NCBI GenBank assembly: GCA_029210645.1
Contig: JARGFT010000006.1
Coordinates: forward strand, 25,061 to 89,060
DNA length: 64,000 nucleotides
From: Anaerosomatales bacterium
Lineage (GTDB): Bacteria; Actinomycetota; Coriobacteriia; Anaerosomatales; SLCP01
Direction of reading: 5' to 3'
Part shown: piece by piece, positions 44,723 to 54,572 of the stretch
Layout of the letters: the number at the start of each line of letters is the position of its first letter
Position numbering within the stretch: position 1 is the stretch's first letter
Position numbers and translations under genes: made by a program
Notes under the pieces: model-generated
Told to the model about the DNA's origin: nothing
The model's input: only the letters and a program-made list of their open reading frames with translations
The model's database searches: none

Positions 44723-46912
44723 CTAGTGGCGACGACGGGGCTTGCGGTCGCCTCCGCGGTCACCGCCACGGTCGCGGTCCGGACGATCGCCGCTGCCGTG
44801 TGGCTTGCGGTCGCCGCCACCACCGGTCGACGGGGGTGCTTCGGGCTTGTCGATGCGGTCCAGGCTGATCTTTCCGCGATCGTCGATGTCGAGGACTTCC
44901 ACCTCGACCTCGTCGCCGACGGCCAGCACGTCTTCGACCTTCTCGACGCGGCCCTTGGCCACGCGCGAGATGTGGAGCAGGCCGTCCTTGCCGGGCGTGA
45001 GCTCGATGAAGGCGCCGAATGCCTGGATGGAGACGACGCGGCCCTTGTAGCGCTCGCCGATCTCGGGGACCTTGACGATGAGCTGGATGCGGCGGACCGC
45101 TTCCTCGCCGCCCTGGTCGCGCGAGGCGACGAAGATCGTGCCGTCCTCCTGGATGTCGATCTGGGCGCCGGTCTCCTCCTGGATACCGCGGATGATCTTG
45201 CCGCCCGAACCGATGACGTCACGGATCTTGTCGACAGGGATCTTCACGGTGAGGATGCGGGGCGCGAACTGTGAGAGCTCGTCGCGCGGCACGTCTATCG
45301 CCTCGAGCATCTTGGACATGATGTGCGCACGGCCGGCCTTGGCCTGGCGCAGCGCCGTCTCGAGGATCTCGTAGGACAGACCCTTGGCCTTGTTGTCCAT
45401 CTGCAGAGCTGTGATGCCCTGCTCGGTGCCGGCCACCTTGAAGTCCATGTCGCCGAGGAAGTCCTCGAGGCCCTGGATGTCGGAGAGTACCGCGACGCGG
45501 TCGCCCTCCTTGATCAGTCCCATCGCGATACCGGAGACGGGCGCCTTGATCGGCACACCGGCGTCCATGAGCGCGAGCGAGGAGCCGCAGACCGATCCCA
45601 TGGAGCTCGAGCCGTTGGACTCGAGGACCTCAGAGACGATGCGGATGGTGTAGGGGAACTCGTCCTCGGCAGGGAGCACCGGCACAAGCGCGCGCTCGGC
45701 GAGAGCGCCATGGCCGATCTCGCGGCGCTTCGGGCCGCGCATGAAGCCCGTCTCGCCGGTGCAGAACGGCGGGAAGTTGTAGTGGTGCATGTAGCGCTTG
45801 CCCTCGGACACGTCGATGGTGTCGATGCGCTGCCACTCGGAGAGCATGCCGAGCGTGAGCACGGAGAGCACCTGGGTCTGGCCGCGGGTGAAGAGCCCGG
45901 AGCCGTGAGCGCGGGGCAGATAGCCCGCGATGCTGGTGACCGGCCGGATCTCGTCCGTCGTGCGGCCGTCGGCACGCTCGCCCTCGTCAAGCACCATGTT
46001 GCGCATGGTCTTCTTCTCGAGCTCCTTGAGCAGCGCCTTGATGTCTTTGCCGTCGGCAGCGCGCTCATCCTCCGTGAAGGTAGCGAGCACCTCTTCCTTC
46101 ACGGCGTACACGCCGTCCTGGCGGGAGAACTTGTCGGGATTGTGCAGCGCGACGCGCATCTTCTCGGAGCCCGCTGCGAAGACACGCTCGCGCAGGGACT
46201 CGTCGATGGTGTGGATCGGGACTTCCATGGGAGTCGGCTCGGTCTGCGCGACGAAGCGCTCCTGGATAGCGCAGAACTCGGCGATAGCCTCCTGGGCGAA
46301 GGTGAGCGCAGCGAGCATGTCGTCCTCGGAGACCTCGTACGCGCCTGCCTCGATCATGTAGACGGCGTCGCGCGATCCGGCGACCACGAGGTCGATATCG
46401 GAGACCTCGAGCTCGTCGAAGGTCGGGTTCACACAGAACTCGCCATCCACTCGCGCCACACGGACAGCGGCGAGCGGGCCCTCGAACGGGATTCCGGCCA
46501 CCATCAGCGCTGCGGACGCACCCATGATGCTGATGACGTCGGGCTGCGAGACCTGATCCGCGGAGAGCACGGTCACGATGATCTGGACCTCGTTGCGGAA
46601 GCCGTCGGCAAACGCCGAACGCAGCGGCCGGTCGATCATCCGCGCGGTCAGGATGGCCTTCTCGCTCGGGCGGGCCTCACGCTTGATGAATCCACCCGGG
46701 AGCTTGCCCGCAGCGTACATCCGCTCTTCGAAATCGACGGTGAGCGGGAAGAAATCAAGATCCTTGGGATTGCGGGATGCGGTGGCGGTGACGAGTACCA
46801 TCGTATCGCCCTGTCGCACCACCACGGCACCGCCGGCCTGCTTGGCCAGCTCGCCGGTCTCCAGGACATACTCCTTGCCGTACAGTTCGAAACGCTCGAC
46901 GATCTTTGACAT
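44723..46912 (-). CDS. pnp: polyribonucleotide nucleotidyltransferase (PNPase)
   Basis: 729 aa. Two RNase PH domains, KH and S1 domains, and a basic Gly/Asp/Arg-rich C-terminal tail. Confidence 0.96.
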   Translation of the reverse strand: MSKIVERFELYGKEYVLETGELAKQAGGAVVVRQGDTMVLVTATASRNPKDLDFFPLTVDFEERMYAAGKLPGGFIKREARPSEKAILTARMIDRPLRSAFADGFRNEVQIIVTVLSADQVSQPDVISIMGASAALMVAGIPFEGPLAAVRVARVDGEFCVNPTFDELEVSDIDLVVAGSRDAVYMIEAGAYEVSEDDMLAALTFAQEAIAEFCAIQERFVAQTEPTPMEVPIHTIDESLRERVFAAGSEKMRVALHNPDKFSRQDGVYAVKEEVLATFTEDERAADGKDIKALLKELEKKTMRNMVLDEGERADGRTTDEIRPVTSIAGYLPRAHGSGLFTRGQTQVLSVLTLGMLSEWQRIDTIDVSEGKRYMHHYNFPPFCTGETGFMRGPKRREIGHGALAERALVPVLPAEDEFPYTIRIVSEVLESNGSSSMGSVCGSSLALMDAGVPIKAPVSGIAMGLIKEGDRVAVLSDIQGLEDFLGDMDFKVAGTEQGITALQMDNKAKGLSYEILETALRQAKAGRAHIMSKMLEAIDVPRDELSQFAPRILTVKIPVDKIRDVIGSGGKIIRGIQEETGAQIDIQEDGTIFVASRDQGGEEAVRRIQLIVKVPEIGERYKGRVVSIQAFGAFIELTPGKDGLLHISRVAKGRVEKVEDVLAVGDEVEVEVLDIDDRGKISLDRIDKPEAPPSTGGGGDRKPHGSGDRPDRDRGGDRGGDRKPRRRH

Positions 46913-46996
46913 CTCTTTCCTCTTCCTCTGCCTCTTCTCTCCACGCCCCGTGCGTGAAGACCTCTACTACCGCCGCATCCGGCGACCGGTAGTAAG

Positions 46997-47020
46997 AAGG
47001 CGGGAGCTTTCTCCCGCCTT
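46997..47020 (-). terminator. 10-bp GC-rich hairpin after rpsO (terminator/attenuator in the pnp leader)
   Basis: aaggcgggag-cttt-ctcccgcctt, 21 nt after the rpsO stop. A second 8-bp hairpin follows at 46965-46994. Confidence 0.55.
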
Positions 47021-47040
47021 CGGAGTGCCTTGATGGGTTC

Positions 47041-47310
47041 TTACCCGCGGATACCGAGATCCGCGATGATCGCGCGGTAGCGCTCGATGTCGGTCTTCTT
47101 CAGATACCCGAGGAGCCGACGGCGCTGGCCAACGAGCATAAGCAGGCCGCGGCGCGTGTGATGGTCCTTCTTGTGGATCTTGAGATGCTCGGTGAGGTCA
47201 CGGATGCGCTGCGTGAGGAGCGCGATCTGTACCTCCGGAGAACCGGTGTCGCCCTCGGTGCGGGCGTACTTCGCGACGATCTCGTTCTTGGTTTCCTTCG
47301 ACAATGGCAT
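47041..47310 (-). CDS. rpsO: 30S ribosomal protein S15
   Basis: ATG 47310 gives [36 protein letters not shown]..., 89 aa. Confidence 0.96.
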   Translation of the reverse strand: MPLSKETKNEIVAKYARTEGDTGSPEVQIALLTQRIRDLTEHLKIHKKDHHTRRGLLMLVGQRRRLLGYLKKTDIERYRAIIADLGIRG

Positions 47311-47404
47311 ACTTCGTTCACCTTTCTGTTCGTGTCCGCCCCCGTCCGGGGCCCGCGTCGGTGATTCGCGAGTCTCAGGCGAGGGTCCGCAATACAACCC
47401 TCAC

Positions 47405-47413
47405 ACTATACCA
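47405..47413 (-). promoter_or_regulatory. putative rpsO promoter, extended -10 TGGTATAGT
   Basis: Minus strand TGGTATAGT, about 95 nt upstream of the rpsO ATG. The same 9-mer occurs in the LysM-gene promoter at 16355-16363. Confidence 0.45.
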
Positions 47414-47448
47414 CAACGGCATCTACCCGATAGCTTGAGGTGTACCGT

Positions 47449-48387
47449 TCAGCCTGCATGTCGGGTTGCCCGGCGCACGGCGTCGATGTCGTGTCTGATC
47501 GCATCGGCCAGTTCGCGCCTCGAGCCGAACTCCCGCTGGTCGCGAAGGTGTCTCCGGAACCCGACGGTGATGGTGGCTCCGTACACGTCGGCATCCAGGT
47601 CGAGGATGTGCGCCTCGAGCTGATCGTGTGCGTCAGGGAAGGTAGGAGGGGTCCCTACCGATAGAGCCGCCAGGTGCCGGGCGTCGCCGACGAGCGCCCA
47701 TCCGGCATACACACCCTCGCGCGGCAGGGCAGCGTGCTCGCGGGGAAGCAGGTTCGCTGTGGGGATTCCGAGTTCGCGCCGGCCGATCCCTCTGCCCCTC
47801 ACAACCAGACCCGTCACGCGGTGGTCCCTGCCGAGGAGCGCAGCCGCTGCGGTGACATCGCCGGCTGCCACGAGGGCACGGATGCGCGTAGAGGTGACCG
47901 TCGACTCCCCCGCGGTGACGAGTTCGTGTGCCTGAACATCGAATCCGTGCACCGCTCCTGCCGACTCCAGGGTGGAGACGGTCCCCTCCGCATAGCGTCC
48001 GAAGCGGAAGTCCTTACCGACGTGGACGGAGCTGAGTGTGAGCGCCTCCAGGAGGATGTCGCTCAGGAACGCTTCGGGCGAGAGCGAAGCCACACTCGCG
48101 TCGAATGGGACGACAAGGACGTGGTTCGCGCCTGCGTTCAGGAGGAAGGTGCACTTGTCCTCGAGGGCGAGAAGCTGCGGTCCGGCAGCCTCAGGGTTCA
48201 CGACCTGATCAGGATCGCGGTCGAAGGTGACCGCCACAGCCGCACGTCCCCGAGCCCGCGCATCGCGGGCACAATCTCGCAGGAGAGTCTGGTGTCCGAT
48301 GTGAACGCCGTCGAACACGCCGATGGCGGCGACAACGGGGTTCTCGAAGAACCCTGCCCCCTTCTCCCAGGTGAACACCTTCGTCAT
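47449..48387 (-). CDS. ribF: bifunctional riboflavin kinase / FAD synthetase
   Basis: AIGVFDGVHIGHQ FAD-synthetase motif and C-terminal riboflavin kinase region. ATGA overlap with the truB stop. Confidence 0.92.
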   Translation of the reverse strand: MTKVFTWEKGAGFFENPVVAAIGVFDGVHIGHQTLLRDCARDARARGRAAVAVTFDRDPDQVVNPEAAGPQLLALEDKCTFLLNAGANHVLVVPFDASVASLSPEAFLSDILLEALTLSSVHVGKDFRFGRYAEGTVSTLESAGAVHGFDVQAHELVTAGESTVTSTRIRALVAAGDVTAAAALLGRDHRVTGLVVRGRGIGRRELGIPTANLLPREHAALPREGVYAGWALVGDARHLAALSVGTPPTFPDAHDQLEAHILDLDADVYGATITVGFRRHLRDQREFGSRRELADAIRHDIDAVRRATRHAG

Positions 48388-49319
48388 CGTTTCACGCCTC
48401 CAGCGAGCACCGTGTGGGCCCGCAGGGTTCGCCCGTCAGGTCCCAGCGCGTACAGCGCGTACAGACGGTCATCATCAGCCATCGCAAGGAGGACCTCACA
48501 GCCGCTTTCGAGCACCTCGTTGCTGGCGAGCGGAGCGCCCACCCTGACCCGTTCGGCCTCATGAGGCGTGAGGGCCCTGAAGGGAAGACCAAGTGCTTCT
48601 ACCGGGTCGGCAAAGAACCTGGCGCACCCGCGTCCGGCGTCGGTGACCTTATCGAGTGGGTGAGCGTTGGCGAGTGAGAGGCGGCCGCTGCTGATGCGTC
48701 TGAGGGCGGACAAGTGGGCCGCCGTGCCGAGAGCAGTCCCGAGATCGCGCGCGATGGCGCGGATGTAGGTTCCCTTCGAGACTGTGAACGAGACGTCCCA
48801 CGACACGTCGGGGTCGCTGACGATTCCGAGGAGGCCGGCATCGAGTATCTCGATGTGCCGCGATGCAAGCGCCAACGGGTTGCCCGCCCGGGCAGCACGA
48901 TGAGCGCTGACGCCTGCTTGCTTGATCGCCGAGTAGGCCGGCGGCACCTGGTCGTGAGAGCCGAGTAGCCCGGCGATGACTCCACCGGCGTACTCCTTGT
49001 CACGCAGTGCGGACGGTACCGGAAGAACCTCGACGATCTCCCCCTCGGCATCGTCGGTGTCGGTGCGAGCGCCGAACGTGATGCGAGCGACGTAGGACTT
49101 CGCGGCGTCGGTGAGAGCGGGGGTTAGCCGGGTGGCGGAGCCGACGAGGACGACGAGGACTCCGGTTGCTGCAGGATCGAGCGTACCCGCGTGTCCGATC
49201 CGTCGCTCACCTGTGGAGCGTCGAAGTAGGGCAACGACGTCGTGGCTCGTGATTCCGGCGGGCTTGTCGATGACGAGAATGCCCGAAAGCGCGGTTGCGC
49301 CCCGACGGGGTCTACTCAC
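48384..49319 (-). CDS. truB: tRNA pseudouridine(55) synthase
   Basis: GILVIDKPAGITSHDVV...GHAGTLDPAATGVL (catalytic Asp). Confidence 0.93.
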   Translation of the reverse strand: MSRPRRGATALSGILVIDKPAGITSHDVVALLRRSTGERRIGHAGTLDPAATGVLVVLVGSATRLTPALTDAAKSYVARITFGARTDTDDAEGEIVEVLPVPSALRDKEYAGGVIAGLLGSHDQVPPAYSAIKQAGVSAHRAARAGNPLALASRHIEILDAGLLGIVSDPDVSWDVSFTVSKGTYIRAIARDLGTALGTAAHLSALRRISSGRLSLANAHPLDKVTDAGRGCARFFADPVEALGLPFRALTPHEAERVRVGAPLASNEVLESGCEVLLAMADDDRLYALYALGPDGRTLRAHTVLAGGVKR

Positions 49320-50281
49320 GCCGTATCACCGCCGGGCAGGTTCGGAAGGAGTTCGGCCAGCACCGCCTCGAGGCCACCCCGGTGATTGAATCCCGCGGCT
49401 GCGACGTGTCCGCCTCCACCCCACCGGCGGGCGACAGCGCTGACGTCGTGGCCGGTCTTGGCCCTCAGGTTCACCCTGACGCCTTCAGGATGCACTCTGA
49501 GAAGCAGCGCGACGTCGATCCCCTCCAGGGCCCTCACGGCATCTACGAGATGCTCGGTCTCCCACGGATGGGCACCAGTCTCGGGGTAGTCGGAGTCGTG
49601 GACCCAGGCGTAGGCAACGCGACCGTCATTTGCGAGCGTGAGGCGTGAGAGGACCCTCGTCTCAAGCGCCATGGCCGCCGCTGTGCGGCTCTCATACAAC
49701 CGGTGGTGAGCCTCGGCAGCGTCCACGCCTGCCTCGAGCATGTCCGCGGCGTCTCTGAGAGCATCGGGCGATGTGTTGCTGTAGGCGAAACGTCCCGTGT
49801 CCGTTACGAGAGCGACCCAGCAGCACAGGGCGACCTCCGGCGAGGGTGGCTGATCGAGCGCCCTGAGGAGTCTCCACACCATCAACCCGGTCGCTGCTGC
49901 CGCCGGGTCGGTCAGGTTCACGGTCCCGAATCCGCTGTTATCGGGGTGATGGTCGATCGAGATAAGCGTCTCTGCGCTCTCAGCGAGTGCGGCAGCGACA
50001 CCGAGGCGATCGGTCCCGGGGGTATCAAGCGCCACGAAGACCTGCGGAGGCTCGAGCTCGGCGGCGGGAACGAACAGGCCGTACCCGGGCATGAACTCGT
50101 AGGAACCGGGAGGCTTCTCGGCATCCGCGAGCGTGGGGACAGCGGCGATGCCGGCGTCTCGAAGTGCGAGGGTGAGTCCGAGAACAGACCCGATAGCGTC
50201 CCCGTCTGGTTTGACGTGAGCACACACCGCGACGGAGGAGGCCTTCCGTAGTTCGACGGCTATCCGGTGGTAGGCGAGCAT
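49316..50281 (-). CDS. nrnA: DHH/DHHA1 phosphoesterase (NrnA-type oligoribonuclease / pAp phosphatase)
   Basis: ATG 50281 (MLAYHRIAVEL...), motifs DGDAIGS, IDHHPDN, GGGH. Confidence 0.85.
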   Translation of the reverse strand: MLAYHRIAVELRKASSVAVCAHVKPDGDAIGSVLGLTLALRDAGIAAVPTLADAEKPPGSYEFMPGYGLFVPAAELEPPQVFVALDTPGTDRLGVAAALAESAETLISIDHHPDNSGFGTVNLTDPAAAATGLMVWRLLRALDQPPSPEVALCCWVALVTDTGRFAYSNTSPDALRDAADMLEAGVDAAEAHHRLYESRTAAAMALETRVLSRLTLANDGRVAYAWVHDSDYPETGAHPWETEHLVDAVRALEGIDVALLLRVHPEGVRVNLRAKTGHDVSAVARRWGGGGHVAAAGFNHRGGLEAVLAELLPNLPGGDTA

Positions 50282-50288
50282 CAACACG

Positions 50289-50681
50289 TCACTCCTCGGG
50301 ATCGGAGTCCGCCTCCCCTTCTCGGTCCCGGAGCAGCGTGGGCGGTACCTCCTTGAGGGCCTCGGAGATACGCATCCCTTCATCGACCGAGCGGTCGATG
50401 AGAAAGCGTAGCTCAGGTGTGAAGCGCAACGTGATTCGCTGGCCGAGCAGCGAGCGTATGCGTCCCTTGGCGGACTCGAGTCCCTCGAGAAGCTCGGCGT
50501 AGCGCTCGGGGCCGCCGTGGGTGATCACGTGGATGTTGGCGACCATCATGTCGGGGCTCACCTCCGCCGAGGTGACGGTCACCAGGTCGATGCGAGGGTC
50601 CGAGATCTCCTCTGTAAGGATGATCGCGACGGCCTCGCGGACCATCTCGTTGACCTTGCGGGTTCGGGGTGTCTGCTTCAC
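50289..50681 (-). CDS. rbfA: ribosome-binding factor A
   Basis: RKVNEMVREAVAIILTEEISDPRI..VTVTSAEVSPDM. 130 aa. Confidence 0.92.
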   Translation of the reverse strand: MKQTPRTRKVNEMVREAVAIILTEEISDPRIDLVTVTSAEVSPDMMVANIHVITHGGPERYAELLEGLESAKGRIRSLLGQRITLRFTPELRFLIDRSVDEGMRISEALKEVPPTLLRDREGEADSDPEE

Positions 50682-50690
50682 GTGCGCTCC

Positions 50691-53123
50691 CTACGACTCA
50701 CGGGCGACCTCGACGGTCTTGAAGCCCTCGACGACGTCACCCTCCTTGATGTCCTGGAAGCCGTCGATGCTCAGACCGCACTCGTATCCCTGGCGCACCG
50801 ACTTGACGTCGTCCTTGAAGCGTCTGAGGGACCCGAGCTTGCCCTCGTAGATCACAGTGCCCTGGCGGACGAGACGGACCTTGTCGTCCCGGGATATCTC
50901 ACCTTCCTGCACGTAGCAGCCTGCGATGACACCCATCTTCGGGACGCGGAACAACTCGCGGATCTCGACCCGTGCCGTGTCCTCCTCGTGGAACTCGGGC
51001 GCGAGCATCCCGACGCGTGCGGCGTTGATGTCTTCGATCGCCTGGTAGATGACGCGGTACAGGCGGATATCCACACTCTCCTTCTCCGCCAGCGACCGGG
51101 CCTTCGGCTCAGGCCTCACATTGAAGCCGATGATGATCGCATCCGATGCGTCGGCAAGCATGACATCAGTCTCGGTGATGGCGCCTACCGCCGAGTGGAT
51201 GACGTTGATGCGAACCTCGGTCTGGTCCATCTTGTCCAGCGCGTCCTTGAGAGCTCCGATCGACCCCTGTACGTCCGCTTTCACGACGAGGTTGAGGTCT
51301 TTCAGCTCGCCCTCCTGGATCCTGGCGAAAAGGTCGTCCAGGGAGACGTGGACCTTCTTCTCCTGGGCAAGCAAACGCTGCTTGAGTGCCCGCTCTTCGG
51401 CGAGGTTTCGGGCATCTCGCTCGTCGGCAAAGATGCGGAACTCGTCCCCGGCCGAGGGCACGCTTCCGAGTCCGAGGATCTCGACTGGATCGGCGGGACC
51501 CGCGGACGTCACTGGCTCCCCGAGGGGGTTGACGAGCGCTCGCACGCGACCGTGGGTCGTGCCGGCAACGATCGAGTCGCCCACGTGCAGCGTGCCGCGC
51601 TGGACGAGGACGGTGGCAACCGGGCCGCGCCCCTTGTCGAGCTTCGCCTCGATGACGATGCCCGATGCCGTCGCGTCGGGGTTGGCCTTGAGCTCGAGGA
51701 CGTCGGCCTGCAACAGGATCATCTCGAGGAGTTCGTGGATGTTGAGGCGCTGCTTCGCGGAGACGTCGACGAAGATGTCGGTGCCGCCCCACGCTTCGGG
51801 CACGATCTCGTGCTCGGTAAGCTCCTGGCGGACGCGGTCGGGGTTGGCGCCGTCCTTGTCGATCTTGTTGACGGCGACGATGATCGGTACGCCGGCGGCC
51901 TTCGCGTGGTGGATGGCCTCGACGGTCTGCGGCATGACGCCATCGTCGGCTGCCACCACGAGCACCGCGACGTCGGTGACCTTGGCACCACGGGCACGCA
52001 TGGCGGTGAAGGCTTCGTGGCCCGGGGTGTCGATGAACGTGATCTGCTTGTCATCATGGAGGACCACGCTCGCACCGATGTGCTGCGTGATGCCACCGGC
52101 CTCTGTTTCGGCCACACCCGTCTCACGGATCGCGTCGAGCAGCGATGTCTTTCCGTGGTCGACGTGACCCATGACGGTGACGACCGGGGGTCGGGGCTTG
52201 AGGTCTTCCGGGGCGTCGTCGAAGACGAAGCCGGTCTCCTCTTCGGGACTCACCACGACGACCTCGCGGCCCATGTCGTCTGCGATCAACTCAACGATGT
52301 CGCTCATCATCGGCTGGTTGACGGTGAGCGGTGTGCCGAGCAGCATCAGCCGCTTGATGATCTCGGTTGAGGGCACGCCGAGCGCTTCGGCGAACTCGCC
52401 CACCGTCACGCCCTCGGTCACGGAGACGAGCTCTGTGTCACCGGAAGCGACGGCTGCCGGTGCGGTCTGAGCGGTCTCGGCTGCCACCTCCTCGGCGTGC
52501 TTCTGACGTTTTTCCTTGCGCTTCTTGCGCTTGCCCTGCTCCGCGCCTGCGGCGGCCACGGCCTGCTTGGCTTCTTCGATGATGGTGGAGCGCGAGACGA
52601 CCTCGGCCTGCTTGGCCATCTGGCGGTAACGGTCCTCCTCGCTCTTCTCGAGCGTGGGGGACTCCTCGGCCTCACGACGAGCACGCTCCGCGGCCTCAGC
52701 CGCCTCGGCAGCGTGACGCTCCTCCTCGGCTTTGCGTGCGGCTTCCTCGGCCTCGCGTTCGGCAGCTTCCTTGGCCTCAGCCGCGCGCCGGGCCTCCTCG
52801 GTGATGCGGGCAGCCTCTTCGCGACGGGCGCGCTCGGCGGCCTCGACGGCACGGCGGGCGTCGTCCTCGGCTTTGCGTGCGGCTTCCTCGGCCTCGCGCT
52901 TGGCGGCCTCGGCCGCTTCAACCTTAAGGCGCTCCTCCTCGAGCGCGGCCTGGCGCTCGGCGATGAGCGGACCGAGATCCTTCCGGATCTTGTCGACGTA
53001 CGCTTCGACGAGGGTCGACGCGTGGTTCTTCGCAGGTATCTTCATGGCCTGGAGCTGTTCGAGCAGCTCCTTGGAGGTCATGCCGAACTCCTTTGCGAGT
53101 TCGTGGACTCTCATGCTGGGCAT
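50691..53123 (-). CDS. infB: translation initiation factor IF-2
   Basis: 810 aa. N-terminal [18 protein letters not shown], charged E/A/R/K linker, GTPase [25 protein letters not shown]. Confidence 0.97.
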   Translation of the reverse strand: MPSMRVHELAKEFGMTSKELLEQLQAMKIPAKNHASTLVEAYVDKIRKDLGPLIAERQAALEEERLKVEAAEAAKREAEEAARKAEDDARRAVEAAERARREEAARITEEARRAAEAKEAAEREAEEAARKAEEERHAAEAAEAAERARREAEESPTLEKSEEDRYRQMAKQAEVVSRSTIIEEAKQAVAAAGAEQGKRKKRKEKRQKHAEEVAAETAQTAPAAVASGDTELVSVTEGVTVGEFAEALGVPSTEIIKRLMLLGTPLTVNQPMMSDIVELIADDMGREVVVVSPEEETGFVFDDAPEDLKPRPPVVTVMGHVDHGKTSLLDAIRETGVAETEAGGITQHIGASVVLHDDKQITFIDTPGHEAFTAMRARGAKVTDVAVLVVAADDGVMPQTVEAIHHAKAAGVPIIVAVNKIDKDGANPDRVRQELTEHEIVPEAWGGTDIFVDVSAKQRLNIHELLEMILLQADVLELKANPDATASGIVIEAKLDKGRGPVATVLVQRGTLHVGDSIVAGTTHGRVRALVNPLGEPVTSAGPADPVEILGLGSVPSAGDEFRIFADERDARNLAEERALKQRLLAQEKKVHVSLDDLFARIQEGELKDLNLVVKADVQGSIGALKDALDKMDQTEVRINVIHSAVGAITETDVMLADASDAIIIGFNVRPEPKARSLAEKESVDIRLYRVIYQAIEDINAARVGMLAPEFHEEDTARVEIRELFRVPKMGVIAGCYVQEGEISRDDKVRLVRQGTVIYEGKLGSLRRFKDDVKSVRQGYECGLSIDGFQDIKEGDVVEGFKTVEVARES
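52724..52898. repeat. intragenic direct repeat in the infB linker (identical 34-mer, 141-nt period)
   Basis: cctcggctttgcgtgcggcttcctcggcctcgcg occurs at 52724-52757 and again at 52865-52898. It encodes [11 protein letters not shown] twice, 47 aa apart. Confidence 0.85.
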
Positions 53124-53127
53124 ACAG

Positions 53128-53430
53128 TCACCGTCCTTGCTGCGAGGGCGCCGCGCTGGTGAGCAGCGTCTCGAGGTCTCGTCTCAATCGGTCGAGGTCG
53201 TCGTCGTGCAGGTGGACACGCAGGGCGGAGTCGAACCTCCGCCGGCCCGCCGCGGCGTCGAAACACTCGACGCTCGGGCAGACGTACGCGCCGCGGCCGT
53301 TGGTCTTCCCCGTGGGGTCGAGCTCGATGTGGGCGTCGGTCGTGCGAACGATACGCACGAGGCCGCATTTCTCGTCGGTGCGGCCGCACCCGACGCAGGT
53401 ACGCGTCGGTGTCTTGCGGGTGCGTGTCAC
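53128..53430 (-). CDS. ylxR: YlxR/DUF448 family RNA-binding protein
   Basis: TRTCVGCGRTDEKCGLVRIV...GRGAYVC. GTG 53430 overlaps the nusA stop (GTGA). Confidence 0.88.
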   Translation of the reverse strand: MTRTRKTPTRTCVGCGRTDEKCGLVRIVRTTDAHIELDPTGKTNGRGAYVCPSVECFDAAAGRRRFDSALRVHLHDDDLDRLRRDLETLLTSAAPSQQGR

Positions 53431-54572
53431 GAGTCGGCACCCTCCTTCTCATGGATGCCGCAGTACACGCTTCCGGGCCGCGCCTTGTTGCGGCAGCGCA
53501 GACCGGAGCTCGTCACGGCGACGCAGCGTCCGTCGCTCTCCTCCTCGGGCGCCGTACCCTCTGCGGCGGCGACCTGGGCAGCGAGGCCGGCCTGGGAGGC
53601 CTGGGCCTGGCTCTTGATGTCGATGCGCCAGCCGGTGAGCTTGGCTGCCAGCCGCGCGTTCTGCCCCTCCTTGCCGATGGCAAGCGAGAGTTGGTCCTCG
53701 GGAACGATGACGGTGGCGATATGGTTCGCCTCGTCGATCAGCACCGTGGTGACCTTCGCGGGCGAGATGGCGTTTGCAACGTACGAGGCGGGCTCCTCGG
53801 CCCACGGAATCACGTCGATGCGTTCGCCGCGCAGTTCGCTCACGATCATGCGCACGCGGCTGCCCTTGGGACCGACGCACGCGCCGACCGGATCGAGGCC
53901 GGACTCGCGGCTGGAGACGGCGACCTTCGAGCGCATGCCCGGTTCGCGCGCGACACTCTTGATCTCGACGATGCCGTCGTAGATCTCGGGCACCTCCAGC
54001 TCGAAGAGCCGGCGGATAAGCCCGGGGTGGGTCCTCGAGACGACGATCGAGGGCTCGGTCGAGGTCTTGCGCACCTCGATGATGTAGGCCTTGAGGCGCT
54101 GGTTGTGATCGTAGCGCTCGTTGGGGGGCTGCTCGGCCGGGGGCAGGAGTGCCTCGACGCCCTCGCGCAGCTTGATGAGCGTGTAGCGGCTGTCGGACTG
54201 CTGCACTGTCCCGGTCACGCTCTCCCCGACCCGGTCGGAGTACTCCTCGTAGATCTTCTCGCGCTCCGCCTCGCGGATCGAGGACATGATGACGTTCTTC
54301 GCCGCCTGGGCCGCGATGCGCGAGACGTCTGCAGGCGTGATGTCGCTCTCTTCGAACTCGGGCTCCTCCTCGGTGCCGCCGACCGGGATGAGCTCGTACA
54401 CGTAGATTCGGCCGGTCTCCCGGTCGATCGTGACTCGCGTGTCGTTCTCGAGATCCAGTATGCGACGGTAGGTCGCGGCCAGCTGCTGCTCCAACCGGTC
54501 GAGGATGTCGTACTCGTCGATGTTCTTCTCGCGCGCCAGCTGGCGCAGCGCCTCCATCAGTTCAGAGCTCAT
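53427..54572 (-). CDS. nusA: transcription termination/antitermination factor NusA (with Cys/His-containing C-terminal tail)
   Basis: ATG 54572 overlaps the rimP stop (ATGA). MSSELMEALRQLAREKNID, S1 and two KH domains. The tail is RCVAVTSSGLRCRNKARPGSVYCGIH. Confidence 0.95.
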   Translation of the reverse strand: MSSELMEALRQLAREKNIDEYDILDRLEQQLAATYRRILDLENDTRVTIDRETGRIYVYELIPVGGTEEEPEFEESDITPADVSRIAAQAAKNVIMSSIREAEREKIYEEYSDRVGESVTGTVQQSDSRYTLIKLREGVEALLPPAEQPPNERYDHNQRLKAYIIEVRKTSTEPSIVVSRTHPGLIRRLFELEVPEIYDGIVEIKSVAREPGMRSKVAVSSRESGLDPVGACVGPKGSRVRMIVSELRGERIDVIPWAEEPASYVANAISPAKVTTVLIDEANHIATVIVPEDQLSLAIGKEGQNARLAAKLTGWRIDIKSQAQASQAGLAAQVAAAEGTAPEEESDGRCVAVTSSGLRCRNKARPGSVYCGIHEKEGADS

